64,000 nucleotides of DNA from Bryobacteraceae bacterium (GTDB lineage Bacteria > Acidobacteriota > Terriglobia > Bryobacterales > Bryobacteraceae). The position numbers and the translations under genes were made by a program. A model generated the notes under the pieces. It was not told where the DNA came from. It did not search any database and saw only the letters and a program-made list of their open reading frames with translations. Positions 7,821-16,572 of this stretch are shown piece after piece (the stretch's first letter is position 1; the number at the start of each line of letters is the position of its first letter). The DNA lies in assembly GCA_035455185.1 (NCBI GenBank), contig DATIFQ010000359.1, forward strand, positions 2,248 to 66,247. Direction: 5' to 3'.

Positions 7821-10142
7821 ATGGGCATACTCAACCGGCGGGTCTTTCGCGAGATTGCTTCCGGGGCGTTACTAGGGGGCGTTCTCTTCACTTTCGTCCT
7901 CTTTCTACAGCGAATCGGCCGGCTTTTTGAGCTGCTGGTCCGCAGTTCGGCATCTCCCTCGACGGTGGCCGAACTTTTTGCCCTGGTCCTCCCGCCCACC
8001 TTACCGTTTACCGTCCCGATTGGCGTTCTGGTTGGGATCCTGTTGGGCCTGAGCCGGATGTCGAGCGACGGGGAAATCACGGCGATGCGGTCGGCAGGAA
8101 TTCCCAGCCGGCGCCTCCTTTCCCCCGTGATTCTGTTCGCCGCCTTCGCCACCGCGATCACGGCGGCTGCTTCCTTATGGCTTACCCCCTGGTCGATCCG
8201 GGAGACCTATCGAATCGTGAACCGGCTGGCGGCGGCGCAGTTGACGGCGGAGATCCAGCCGCGAGTGTTCGAGGAGCAATTCCCAAACAAGATCCTCTAC
8301 GTCGCCGACGTCATCTCGGGGCCTAAGGTCCGCTGGCGCAACGTCTTCATGGCTGATCTGACTCCCCCCGCGGAGCGCCGGGCCGGCGCCGGAGAAACCG
8401 GCGAGGGCCCGCGGATTACTGTCGCTCGCGAAGCCATCGCCGTTCCGGACGTGGCGCGGAACACCATCCAGCTTTCGATGATCGACGGCAGTACGCACGA
8501 GGCGGCAAAGGACCCCGCGGAGTACTACAACAGCGCCTTCCCGCGAGGAGATCAGGTCCTTGACGCATCGCCGCCTGACGAGAGGCGAGCCCGTCCGTTT
8601 CAGGAAACGGATACGCCGCCGCTGTTCCGGATCGCGAAGGATTCCGTGGACGCGCGCATCGAACTGCATCAGCGGCTGGCACTCCCGCCGGCCTGCATCC
8701 TCCTAGCTCTGGTGGGGTTACCACTCGGCGTCTCGGTCCGCAAAGCCGGAAAGTCGTCGGCGCTCGTGCTGACGGTGTTCCTTGCATTCCTGTATTACAT
8801 GGGTCTGATCAGCCTGATCGGGCTGGCACGAGAGAAGACGCTTCCGGTCGAGTTGGCAGTCTGGACTCCCAACGCGTTGTTCGCGTTGGGCGGACTGCTG
8901 CTGGCATGGCGCCTCGAGAAGCCTGGCGACCGGGACGTCGTCGGCGCAATTCGTGGCCGACTTGGCTCAGCGTGGAGGTGGTTGCGGGAGCGGTTTGTGC
9001 ATACCAAGAACGGTCTCCGCAGCGACGCCACCGCCGGCCGCATGCCCCTGCTTCCACAGGTTCTGGATACGTACATTCTTTCGAGTTTCCTTGTTTTTCT
9101 GACTCTCTCGCTCACCAGCTTCGTACTGATGACCCACGTGTTCACGTTCTTCGAGCTCCTCGGCGACATCATCAAAAACCACATCCCAATGACGCGCGTG
9201 CTCACCTACCTGGTTTTCCTGACGCCGAAGCTCATCTATGACTCGACGCCTGTCAGCGTGATGGTCGCTGTGCTGGTGACCTTCGGGGTACTTACGAAGC
9301 ACAACGAGGTGATCGCCTTTCGGGCATGCGGAGTAAGTATTCATCGGCTGGCAATCCCGATCATGCTGGCGAGCACACTCTTAAGCGTCACCCTGTTCGC
9401 GTTCGACTACTATTACATTCCGCACTCGAACCGGATTCAGGACGCCATCCGCGCCGAGATCAAAGGGCGCCCGGTGCAAACGTACCTGCGACCCGACCGG
9501 AAATGGATCTTCGGGCAGGGACCGCGGATCTACTACTATCGGTACTTTGACCCTGTCGCGAACATGATGGCGGGTGTCAGTGTGTTCTACCTCGAGCCCG
9601 GTTCGTTCCGCCTCCGGCGACATATAACGGCGGAGCAGGCGCGCTGGTCTCCGACCCTGAGAACCTGGGTGTTCGAGAACGGCTGGAGCCGCGACATTCG
9701 CGGGATTCAGGAGTCTAACTTCCAGCAGTTCCAGGCGACGACTTTTCCGGAGTTGAACGAGCCGCCCGGCTGGTTTCTCAAGGAGGTCAAGCAGGACAAG
9801 CAGATGAACTTCCAGGAACTGTCAGCTTACATCGGGGAACTTCGCCAAAGCGGCTTCGATACGGTCCGGTTGAGTGTCCAGTTCCACAAGAAGTTCTCCG
9901 TGCCCCTGTTTGCGCTGATCCTCGCCATGATTTCCTTCCCGTTCGCATTCGTTGCCGGGAATCGTGGAGCGTTGGCGGGCGTTGGCGTAAGTTTCGGTAT
10001 TGCAATCGCTTACTGGGCCGTCAGCCAGCTTTTTGAACAGATTGGGAACGTCAATCAGTTGCCGGCTACCCTAGCTGCTTGGGCACCGGACGCCGTGTTC
10101 TCCCTTGCTGGGATGTACCTGATCGCCCGGATGAGAACCTGA
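7821..10142 (+). CDS. Fused LptF-LptG lipopolysaccharide export permease (two YjgP/YjgQ modules in one ORF)
   Basis: 773 aa. Module 1 reads MGILNRRVFREIASGALLGGVLFTFVLFLQRIGRLFELL...MSSDGEITAMRSAGIPSRRLL. Module 2 begins near ATG 9042 with MPLLPQVLDTYILSSFLVFLTL...LTKHNEVIAFRACGVSIHRLAIPIML. Each module has the N-terminal TM bundle, a periplasmic insert and C-terminal TMs. No stop separates them. Confidence 0.75.
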   Translation: MGILNRRVFREIASGALLGGVLFTFVLFLQRIGRLFELLVRSSASPSTVAELFALVLPPTLPFTVPIGVLVGILLGLSRMSSDGEITAMRSAGIPSRRLLSPVILFAAFATAITAAASLWLTPWSIRETYRIVNRLAAAQLTAEIQPRVFEEQFPNKILYVADVISGPKVRWRNVFMADLTPPAERRAGAGETGEGPRITVAREAIAVPDVARNTIQLSMIDGSTHEAAKDPAEYYNSAFPRGDQVLDASPPDERRARPFQETDTPPLFRIAKDSVDARIELHQRLALPPACILLALVGLPLGVSVRKAGKSSALVLTVFLAFLYYMGLISLIGLAREKTLPVELAVWTPNALFALGGLLLAWRLEKPGDRDVVGAIRGRLGSAWRWLRERFVHTKNGLRSDATAGRMPLLPQVLDTYILSSFLVFLTLSLTSFVLMTHVFTFFELLGDIIKNHIPMTRVLTYLVFLTPKLIYDSTPVSVMVAVLVTFGVLTKHNEVIAFRACGVSIHRLAIPIMLASTLLSVTLFAFDYYYIPHSNRIQDAIRAEIKGRPVQTYLRPDRKWIFGQGPRIYYYRYFDPVANMMAGVSVFYLEPGSFRLRRHITAEQARWSPTLRTWVFENGWSRDIRGIQESNFQQFQATTFPELNEPPGWFLKEVKQDKQMNFQELSAYIGELRQSGFDTVRLSVQFHKKFSVPLFALILAMISFPFAFVAGNRGALAGVGVSFGIAIAYWAVSQLFEQIGNVNQLPATLAAWAPDAVFSLAGMYLIARMRT

Positions 10143-10231
10143 GAGCGGCCCGAGGGGCCAGAGCTAATCTCCGAGTACCAGGTACTAGGACTGTTTGGTG
10201 GTCCGCTAGGGGCCTATTTGCCTTGGTTTCC

Positions 10232-10260
10232 TTGACAACAGCAGCGAAATGCAGCAGAAT
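10232..10260 (+). promoter_or_regulatory. Candidate sigma70-type promoter upstream of the PEP-CTERM gene
   Basis: TTGACA (10232-10237), 17-nt spacer, CAGAAT (10255-10260), about 65 nt upstream of ATG 10327. Pattern match only. Confidence 0.3.
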
Positions 10261-10326
10261 TTCAGAGTACGGTTGGGATTACCGCGCACGGAAGCTGTCG
10301 ACAGACTATTTAGTGAAAGCGAGGAG

Positions 10327-11016
10327 ATGAAACCAATGACACGGGCGCTTATGTTTCTGCTGGTTGGGTTGCTGGCTGCCGGGTCCGCAGCGTTCGCCGC
10401 TCCAATCTACTTCAATGACTTTCAGAGTAGCGTTGGCGCGGGGTGGTCAAATACGACGACTTCCACTACGCCGGCCGGCTGCACAACGTGCACGACCTAC
10501 CTTGGACAGTTCGGCAACCAGAGCGTCACTCTCACGCTCACCGGTTTGCCGACAAGCACTCAGCTTACCATCTCGTTCGACGAATTCATCATCCGCTCGT
10601 GGGACGGAAACGGGGAACAGGGCTTTGGACCTGATACAGCCGCGTTCTCGATTGGGGGCGCCAATACTCTGACCACGACGTTCGCAAACGGCCTGGTAGG
10701 GAATACGCAGAACTATCCTACCGCAGGCAGCGCCGCACAGACGGGCGCCGCTCAGGTCAACACCCTCGGCTACACTTTCATAGGAGTGCCGCGAGACTCG
10801 ATTTACGCGCTGTCCTTCAATTGGTTCAACACGAGTTCTACCCAAACGTTTACTTGGAGTGCAAGCGGTCTCCAGGAACTTGCCGACGAATCGTGGGGGA
10901 TCGACAACGTTTCCGTTAGCGGGCCCGACGAGGCGATTCCCGAGCCGGGTACGGCGCTCCTGCTCGGCAGTGGGGTGCTGGCGTTCCTTCTCTATCGCCG
11001 GCGTCGCAGCGCGTAG
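10327..11016 (+). CDS. PEP-CTERM-anchored secreted protein
   Basis: Start set at ATG 10327, preceded by GAGGAG. Signal peptide is MKPMTRALMFLLVGLLAAGSAAFA. The body is Thr/Ser/Asn/Gly-rich. The C-terminal sorting signal is IPEPGTALLLGSGVLAFLLYRRRRSA (PEP motif, TM helix, Arg cluster). Confidence 0.85.
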   Translation: MKPMTRALMFLLVGLLAAGSAAFAAPIYFNDFQSSVGAGWSNTTTSTTPAGCTTCTTYLGQFGNQSVTLTLTGLPTSTQLTISFDEFIIRSWDGNGEQGFGPDTAAFSIGGANTLTTTFANGLVGNTQNYPTAGSAAQTGAAQVNTLGYTFIGVPRDSIYALSFNWFNTSSTQTFTWSASGLQELADESWGIDNVSVSGPDEAIPEPGTALLLGSGVLAFLLYRRRRSA

Positions 11017-11044
11017 GCCCCCAGTCAGGCGAGAACGTTTCCAG

Positions 11045-11087
11045 ATCCCGGGTTCTTCCGAAAGGCGGCCCGGGATTTGTATTTCTT
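11045..11087 (+). terminator. Rho-independent terminator after the PEP-CTERM gene
   Basis: 8-bp stem ATCCCGGG (11045-11052) / CCCGGGAT (11069-11076) followed by the T-rich tail TTGTATTTCTT. Confidence 0.6.
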
Positions 11088-11212
11088 GCTTGCCCGCCCG
11101 TCGAGCGGCGCTTGCATCGAGTGATCGGCAATTGCTACCATCGCAGTTTCCTGGGCAGTCCTCAGCGCAAGGATTTCGTCTGCGCTTCGCTGCGGCCTGA
11201 CCGTTCGCTGAT

Positions 11213-12238
11213 ATGCGCAAAGTTCCCCTCGCAGAATCCCTGAAGATTATCGGCCGCGGTTCGCTGAACTGGATTGCGGAGCGGCCGATCGTCGTGTCGT
11301 TTGAAGTGACCGACGCCTGCACCTGCTACTGCCGGCATTGCGATCACGGGGGACCTAGAGACGGATCACGCAATCTTAAGGCTTCGGACTTCCGGCGCTA
11401 CGTGGATGCACTGCGCCCGTGCGTGGTACAGGTTTCCGGCGGCGAGCCGCTGATGAGACGGGACATCGTTGACATTGTCCGTAGTATCAAGTCTGACGGA
11501 CGGATCCCCTACACGATTCTGGTTTCCAACTGGTCGGAGATGACCGAGGAGATCTACCTGAAACTCCACAAAGCGGGAGTCGACCAGTTTTCTGTCAGCC
11601 TCGATTTCCCAGACAACAGACACGATGATTTCCGCGGCTATCCTGGCCTCTATTCGCATCTGAGCGATCTCGTCCCACGGCTCGCAAAGTACGGTTACGA
11701 TGACATCGTGCTGAACTCCTGCATCACGAGCGTGAATGTCCGAGAGATCAACGCGATGGCCGACAAAGCGCAAGAGTGGGGCGTCAACATTTGCTATAGC
11801 GCATACTCCGCCCGGAGAACCGGCTGCCGGGATTACTTCCTCAATACGAGCGAGGAACTGGAAACCCTGAACCAAGAATTGAACCGGGTGGAATCGCGGC
11901 GAGACGAAAGCAACTGGATTGTTAACGCCACCACGACGCTGGAGGCAACCCGGCGCTATTTTGAGAATCGGGGCGCTCCTGGCTGCAAAGCAGGTCTGCG
12001 GTTCCTTGTGGTGACCGCGGACGGCCAGCTTCAACCTTGCTCGATGCAGTTCAAGCGCTATCCTCTGCAGGAACAGGCTCGAATGGTCCAGGAGTTCACC
12101 GCCAACAACACTTGCGACGAATGCTACGTCTCAATCCGTTCCTACCTCGACAAGTCGTTTCCTCAACTTCTGTGGGAAAACGTCGCCGGCTTCCTGTCGT
12201 TCAAGGCCGGTACACGCGCTCGTAGTTCCGGGAATTGA
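11213..12238 (+). CDS. Radical SAM enzyme with C-terminal SPASM/twitch-like Cys motifs, substrate unknown
   Basis: 341 aa. CX3CX2C motif is DACTCYCRHC and the SAM-binding motif is VSGGEPLM. C-terminal Cys pattern is GCKAGLRFLVVTADGQLQPC ... CDEC. Confidence 0.75.
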   Translation: MRKVPLAESLKIIGRGSLNWIAERPIVVSFEVTDACTCYCRHCDHGGPRDGSRNLKASDFRRYVDALRPCVVQVSGGEPLMRRDIVDIVRSIKSDGRIPYTILVSNWSEMTEEIYLKLHKAGVDQFSVSLDFPDNRHDDFRGYPGLYSHLSDLVPRLAKYGYDDIVLNSCITSVNVREINAMADKAQEWGVNICYSAYSARRTGCRDYFLNTSEELETLNQELNRVESRRDESNWIVNATTTLEATRRYFENRGAPGCKAGLRFLVVTADGQLQPCSMQFKRYPLQEQARMVQEFTANNTCDECYVSIRSYLDKSFPQLLWENVAGFLSFKAGTRARSSGN

Positions 12239-12245
12239 CGCAGGG

Positions 12246-13475
12246 CTAGCCGAGGAACACGATGTGCTCGTCGGGATAATCGAGCGCAAGCATCATGAGC
12301 ATGTAGTCTTTCAGGTGGCGGGTCAGCAGGAAATTCTGTTTTACGTGCTGATGGCCGTTTTCCCCCAGCCACCGGCAGAGTTCCGGATCGCGCAATAGCT
12401 GGACCGTCCGTTGCGCCGCCCCTTCGGGCGAGTGGATCAGAAACCCGGTGATGCCGTTGATGATCTGCTGTTTGATGCCTCCGACCGCGCCACCAATCAC
12501 CGGCTTCTTTTTCCAGAGCGCCTCGCTTACGGTCAGGCCAAAGCCTTCCCGGATCGATTTCTGCATCACGACGGTGGAAGCGCGGACAAGCGCGTTGATC
12601 TCCAGGTCGCTGAACGGAGGCAGCAGGAGAACATGGATGTCCGGATCCTCCCCGGCACGCTCCTGAACTTCCTGGAGCACCTGCGCACCCTCCGGGTCAT
12701 CGGGGGCGCCTCCACCGGCCAGAACCAACTGGCAATCGACCCGCTTCCTCGTCATGCGGTAGGCGGCAATCACGCCAAGGGGATCCTTGAGGCGATCAAA
12801 CCGGGAAATCTGCGTCACGATCGGACGATCCGGATCGAGACCGAACTTCGCGAGCACCGTGTCGATGCAGCCCGGCTCGAGATCGCGGTTCTTGTCGCTC
12901 AGCGGGTCGATCGATGGCGCGACCATGTACTGCGGGATCGGCAACTCCTGTGCGAAATCGGGCATCGAGAAAATCGCCGCGTTGTATTGCTCGACGTAAG
13001 GTCGCAGGAAAGCCCAAACCTCGGGATTCGGCGCCGAGACGTCAATGTGGCAGCGCCACGTCCACTTGCGACCGATTTCCGGCTTGCGAAGAATGAGTCC
13101 GGCGGGTTGCGGGTCGTGAATCAGCACGACATCTCCGGTGAACTCCATCTCGCGCAGGTTTACCTCCGTGTTCGCGCGAAAAACCTCGAACATTCGGTTC
13201 GTGACTTCCTGCGGGTCTCCGTGCAGGGCATTATGGAAAGCCTTCGTCACTTCGAAGAATTCCTGGTCGCCCTTGATCACGTCCCAGCGAGCGTCGACAC
13301 CGACTTCGCGCAATAGCGGTACCAGCCTCGTTAGAATCTCGGCAACACCTCCACCCACCGGCGTCGAGTTGATGTTTTGAAGGCAGCGGCCCCGTACACG
13401 GTCCGCTACAACCTGGATCTCCTCGATGACTTCCGGACCAACAATCTCCTCGTAGTCTTTCAGCTTGCGAGCCAT
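12246..13475 (-). CDS. GT4 glycosyltransferase, TreT-like (trehalose glycosyltransferring synthase family)
   Basis: 409 aa. The N-terminal INSTPVGGGVAEIL and LIHDPQP motifs and the overall length resemble archaeal/bacterial TreT as I remember it. Last gene of the otsA operon. Confidence 0.65.
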   Translation of the reverse strand: MARKLKDYEEIVGPEVIEEIQVVADRVRGRCLQNINSTPVGGGVAEILTRLVPLLREVGVDARWDVIKGDQEFFEVTKAFHNALHGDPQEVTNRMFEVFRANTEVNLREMEFTGDVVLIHDPQPAGLILRKPEIGRKWTWRCHIDVSAPNPEVWAFLRPYVEQYNAAIFSMPDFAQELPIPQYMVAPSIDPLSDKNRDLEPGCIDTVLAKFGLDPDRPIVTQISRFDRLKDPLGVIAAYRMTRKRVDCQLVLAGGGAPDDPEGAQVLQEVQERAGEDPDIHVLLLPPFSDLEINALVRASTVVMQKSIREGFGLTVSEALWKKKPVIGGAVGGIKQQIINGITGFLIHSPEGAAQRTVQLLRDPELCRWLGENGHQHVKQNFLLTRHLKDYMLMMLALDYPDEHIVFLG

Positions 13476-13476
13476 G

Positions 13477-14151
13477 TTACGCTACTTCGTGCCGGCTGCC
13501 GCAGCGGATCATCTCGTCGCGGAGTTCGTCCAGCGTCATGCCGTAGGGATCGAGCTGGTCGATCTCCCGGGCCAGTGCCTCCTGACCGCGGTAGCACAAC
13601 CACTGTGAGAAATCGTTCGTCGGTTCGCCAAGGCGGAGACGTGCCTGGAAAAAGTGGAAGAACAGAGACACGTTTGAGACACGCCGCAAGGTCGAGAAAA
13701 ACTCGGGAACATCGTCCGCCACCAGACCTGTGGGCATGACAAAGCTCTGCGACTCGCAGAAGTGGAATTCCTCACCTGGGCGGCACGAACGGGTGTCACC
13801 GGCATCCGCGCGCAGCTGGCTTTCGATGCGAGCGAGCAGTTCCTCCCGAATCTGTCGGACGGTCGTACAGGCGAGCAGATCGACGGCCGTCAGTTCCTCG
13901 GACAGCCGCCTGTACTGGAGCGCATCTCCGACCCAGTTCGCGAACTCGTTATGGTAGACAGGCTTCTCAAAATGATGCGAGAGGAACTGGTGATGCGTAT
14001 GGTAGAAAACCGAGGCACCTGACACATCGCTCAGGTGGTGCGCCAGTTCGTCGAGGGTTCTCGCCCTGCGGCTGGTGAGCCGCACCAGGCGGCGTTCGGT
14101 GTAAAACGTGAATGGGGACATTTCGTTCACTGACAGGTCTCCCCGATCCAT
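13477..14151 (-). CDS. Conserved hypothetical protein (His-rich YHTHHQFLSHHF motif) embedded in the trehalose operon
   Basis: 224-aa ORF. The start is either ATG 14151 or, more likely, GTG 14130, which overlaps the otsB stop (GTGA) with GGGGAG upstream. Its stop lies 1 nt before the TreT-like start. I do not recognise a catalytic motif. Confidence 0.55.
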   Translation of the reverse strand: MDRGDLSVNEMSPFTFYTERRLVRLTSRRARTLDELAHHLSDVSGASVFYHTHHQFLSHHFEKPVYHNEFANWVGDALQYRRLSEELTAVDLLACTTVRQIREELLARIESQLRADAGDTRSCRPGEEFHFCESQSFVMPTGLVADDVPEFFSTLRRVSNVSLFFHFFQARLRLGEPTNDFSQWLCYRGQEALAREIDQLDPYGMTLDELRDEMIRCGSRHEVA

Positions 14152-14945
14152 TTAAGAAATTGTCCGACGTCATCCGGCCCGGCGACATAGTACGCCGCGG
14201 CGGTCCCTAGCGGGTCGCCCACTTTCACGGTCACCCCGCCGGGAAGCGCCGCAAACGCATCTTCGTCGGTTTGGTCATCCCCGGCGCAGATCGGCAACAC
14301 CGTCTCCCCGTCTGCCAGCCGCGAGCATAGCCACAAAGCCGCCGAACCCTTGTTCCAGTCGACCGCGGGGCGCACCTCACAGATCATCTTTCCCATCCGG
14401 AGGGCGAGGCCACGATCGCGCCGGACGACCTCGTCCCAGACGGCCTCAATCACTCGATTTTGCGACTCAGGAGCGTTCCGGTAATGGACAGCGGCGGTAA
14501 GTCCCTTGTCCTCCACTTCAACGCCCGGCACTCCCCGGAGTCGCCTTGAAAGAGACATACAGGCCCCCGCGATCAACGGACGGAGCCGTTCGGCTTCGGG
14601 CTGGACGAATCGGAAACCCGGGCCTTCGATTTCGAGCCCGTGATTGCCCGCATAGGTCAGGCCCGGGATGCCGACGCGTGTTCGAACGTCATCCAAAGCC
14701 CGGCCACTGATTACCGCCGGCAGAGTGCTCCGGGATCCCACCAGAGATACGAGCAAATCCCGAACTGGCAGCGGAAGGCGGGCAGCCGATGGATCCGCGA
14801 CAATCGGCGCCAACGTTCCATCGAAATCGAGCAGCAGTAGAAGGCGCCCGGAATTCTGGATGCGTGCACGGATTTCGTCAATACGCTCCCAGAGAGGGTG
14901 CGCCACGTCAGGCTTAGTGGACGGCGGCTTCAAAGTGGCTAACAT
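14127..14945 (-). CDS. otsB: Trehalose-6-phosphate phosphatase (HAD superfamily)
   Basis: 272 aa with HAD motif I LLLDFDGTLAP and C-terminal GDDQTDEDAF. Overlaps the otsA 3' end by 32 nt. Confidence 0.85.
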   Translation of the reverse strand: MLATLKPPSTKPDVAHPLWERIDEIRARIQNSGRLLLLLDFDGTLAPIVADPSAARLPLPVRDLLVSLVGSRSTLPAVISGRALDDVRTRVGIPGLTYAGNHGLEIEGPGFRFVQPEAERLRPLIAGACMSLSRRLRGVPGVEVEDKGLTAAVHYRNAPESQNRVIEAVWDEVVRRDRGLALRMGKMICEVRPAVDWNKGSAALWLCSRLADGETVLPICAGDDQTDEDAFAALPGGVTVKVGDPLGTAAAYYVAGPDDVGQFLKWIGETCQ

Positions 14946-16431
14946 CGGCGTTCTCCGGAAAATCGAACTTCAGAATGGTGGAGAGGATCTTTCCCGCCCA
15001 CCGGTAGATGTTATTCTCGGAAACAACGCCTCGCAGCCGCTGCATGCGCCTCCGTCGCTCCTCAGTCGGCATCTCAAGGGCCTGGCGGACGGCTTCCGCC
15101 ATCTCTTCCTGAGAGAACGGGTTGACGAGCAGAGCGTCGGTGAGCTCGTACGCCGCACCCGCGAACCGGCTCAAAATCAGCACGCCGTCGTCATCGTTGC
15201 GGCTTGCGACGAACTCCTTCGCCACCAGGTTCATCCCGTCGTGGAGTGAACTCACAAAACAGAACCGCGCGAGTCGGTGCAACGCCATCATCCGCACGGA
15301 ACCCACGTGCCTGGAGAGTAGGATGACAGGACGCCACGAGTCCGTGCTCCATTTCCGGTTGATCTCGTCGGCCAGCGCTTCGATCTCGTAGCCCAGGGAC
15401 CGGTAACGCCCGATGTCGACGCGGCTGGGAACACCGACTTGAATGAACACCAGCTTACCTCGGTACTCCGGATATTCGTCCAGCAGACGATCGATTGCCT
15501 GGAGCCGGTCGGGAATCCCCTTGGTGTAATCGATCCGATCGAGCCCGATGCCAACAAGTTCGTCGCCCAGTCCCAGTTCCTGGCGCCAGCGTTCCATCTC
15601 CGACTCAACCTGTTCCGAAGAAGCGGAGGCGGAATGCGACTCGAAATCGACGCTGATCGGGAACGGCCGCACCGCCGTAGTCCGTTCTCTGCGAGTAATT
15701 TCGTACAGTTCCGGGTCGATTCGGGCTTCCAGCGTTCGGTCTACAGTGTCGAGGAAGTTCTGGCAATGGTACCGGATGTGGAAGCCCAACAGGTCATTCC
15801 CCAACAACCCGTCGAGCAGTTCCTCACCCCAAGGGAAAGCCCGGAAGACCTCGCGGTTTGGCCATGGTATATGCCAGAACTGCGCCACAAACAGATTCGG
15901 CAAGCCGGAGTCTTTGAGCATCCGGGGGAGAAGGCCGAAGTGGTAGTCCTGGATGAACACGAAGGTGGGACGATCTCCGATCTCGTCCAGCACCGCGCGG
16001 GCAAAGATTTCGTTCACCTCGCGGTAAGCGCGCCAGTCTTCCGGACGGAACACCGGACGCGTGAATGCAATATGACAGAGCGGCCAGAGTCCCTCGTTGG
16101 AGAGACCGTAATAGTAGCGGTTCTCCTGCTCCTTCGTGAGCCAGACGCGCCTCAGCGTGTACTTCTGAGAATTTCCCGGAGGTACCGCTACGTGGTTGTT
16201 CGCATCTACGGTCCTTCGATCTGCATTTCCTGCTCCGTGTGCGATCCAGACACCGCCGGCAGCGCGCATGATCGGATCCAGGGCCGCCGTCATCCCGCTG
16301 GCCGGCTGAATACACTCGATCTCCCGGCCGGAAAGACGGTGAAGATATGGCTCACGGTTGGAAACGACAACAAACTGAAGGCCTTGCAGCCGCAAGGCAA
16401 TCAGCTCATGTAAGTCTTGTTTAGTCCACAC
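14914..16431 (-). CDS. otsA: Alpha,alpha-trehalose-phosphate synthase (GT20)
   Basis: 505 aa with a GTG start. Family-typical segments are VVVSNREP, YYYGLSNEGLWPLCH, IQDYHF, GIGLDRIDYTKGI, SLHDGMNLVAKEF and LILSRFAGAA. Confidence 0.9.
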   Translation of the reverse strand: MWTKQDLHELIALRLQGLQFVVVSNREPYLHRLSGREIECIQPASGMTAALDPIMRAAGGVWIAHGAGNADRRTVDANNHVAVPPGNSQKYTLRRVWLTKEQENRYYYGLSNEGLWPLCHIAFTRPVFRPEDWRAYREVNEIFARAVLDEIGDRPTFVFIQDYHFGLLPRMLKDSGLPNLFVAQFWHIPWPNREVFRAFPWGEELLDGLLGNDLLGFHIRYHCQNFLDTVDRTLEARIDPELYEITRRERTTAVRPFPISVDFESHSASASSEQVESEMERWRQELGLGDELVGIGLDRIDYTKGIPDRLQAIDRLLDEYPEYRGKLVFIQVGVPSRVDIGRYRSLGYEIEALADEINRKWSTDSWRPVILLSRHVGSVRMMALHRLARFCFVSSLHDGMNLVAKEFVASRNDDDGVLILSRFAGAAYELTDALLVNPFSQEEMAEAVRQALEMPTEERRRRMQRLRGVVSENNIYRWAGKILSTILKFDFPENADVSHFEAAVH

Positions 16432-16572
16432 TATCGCTCCACTTGCCAGAGGGCTCTTTTCTATTTTTGAGGATGACCGGACAGGAGAACCATCCCCTGA
16501 TCGGTGTAGTTGAAGCCTGGAAACAGGGTACGAGAGAAACCTAAGTCTCCTGATGTGAGGAAATCTGAGCTA

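Noticed and set aside
10174-10186. A 13-nt palindrome AGTACC-A-GGTACT in the spacer before the PEP-CTERM gene.
   Set aside because: It is a single short palindrome with no second copy in the window and no adjacent regulator gene. It could occur by chance.
11121-11243. A 40-codon Cys-containing ORF overlapping the start of the radical SAM gene, considered as a possible RiPP precursor.
   Set aside because: It has a GTG start with no SD and overlaps the rSAM start by 31 nt in another frame. Its composition is unremarkable for random GC-rich sequence. I kept it only as a note inside a finding.
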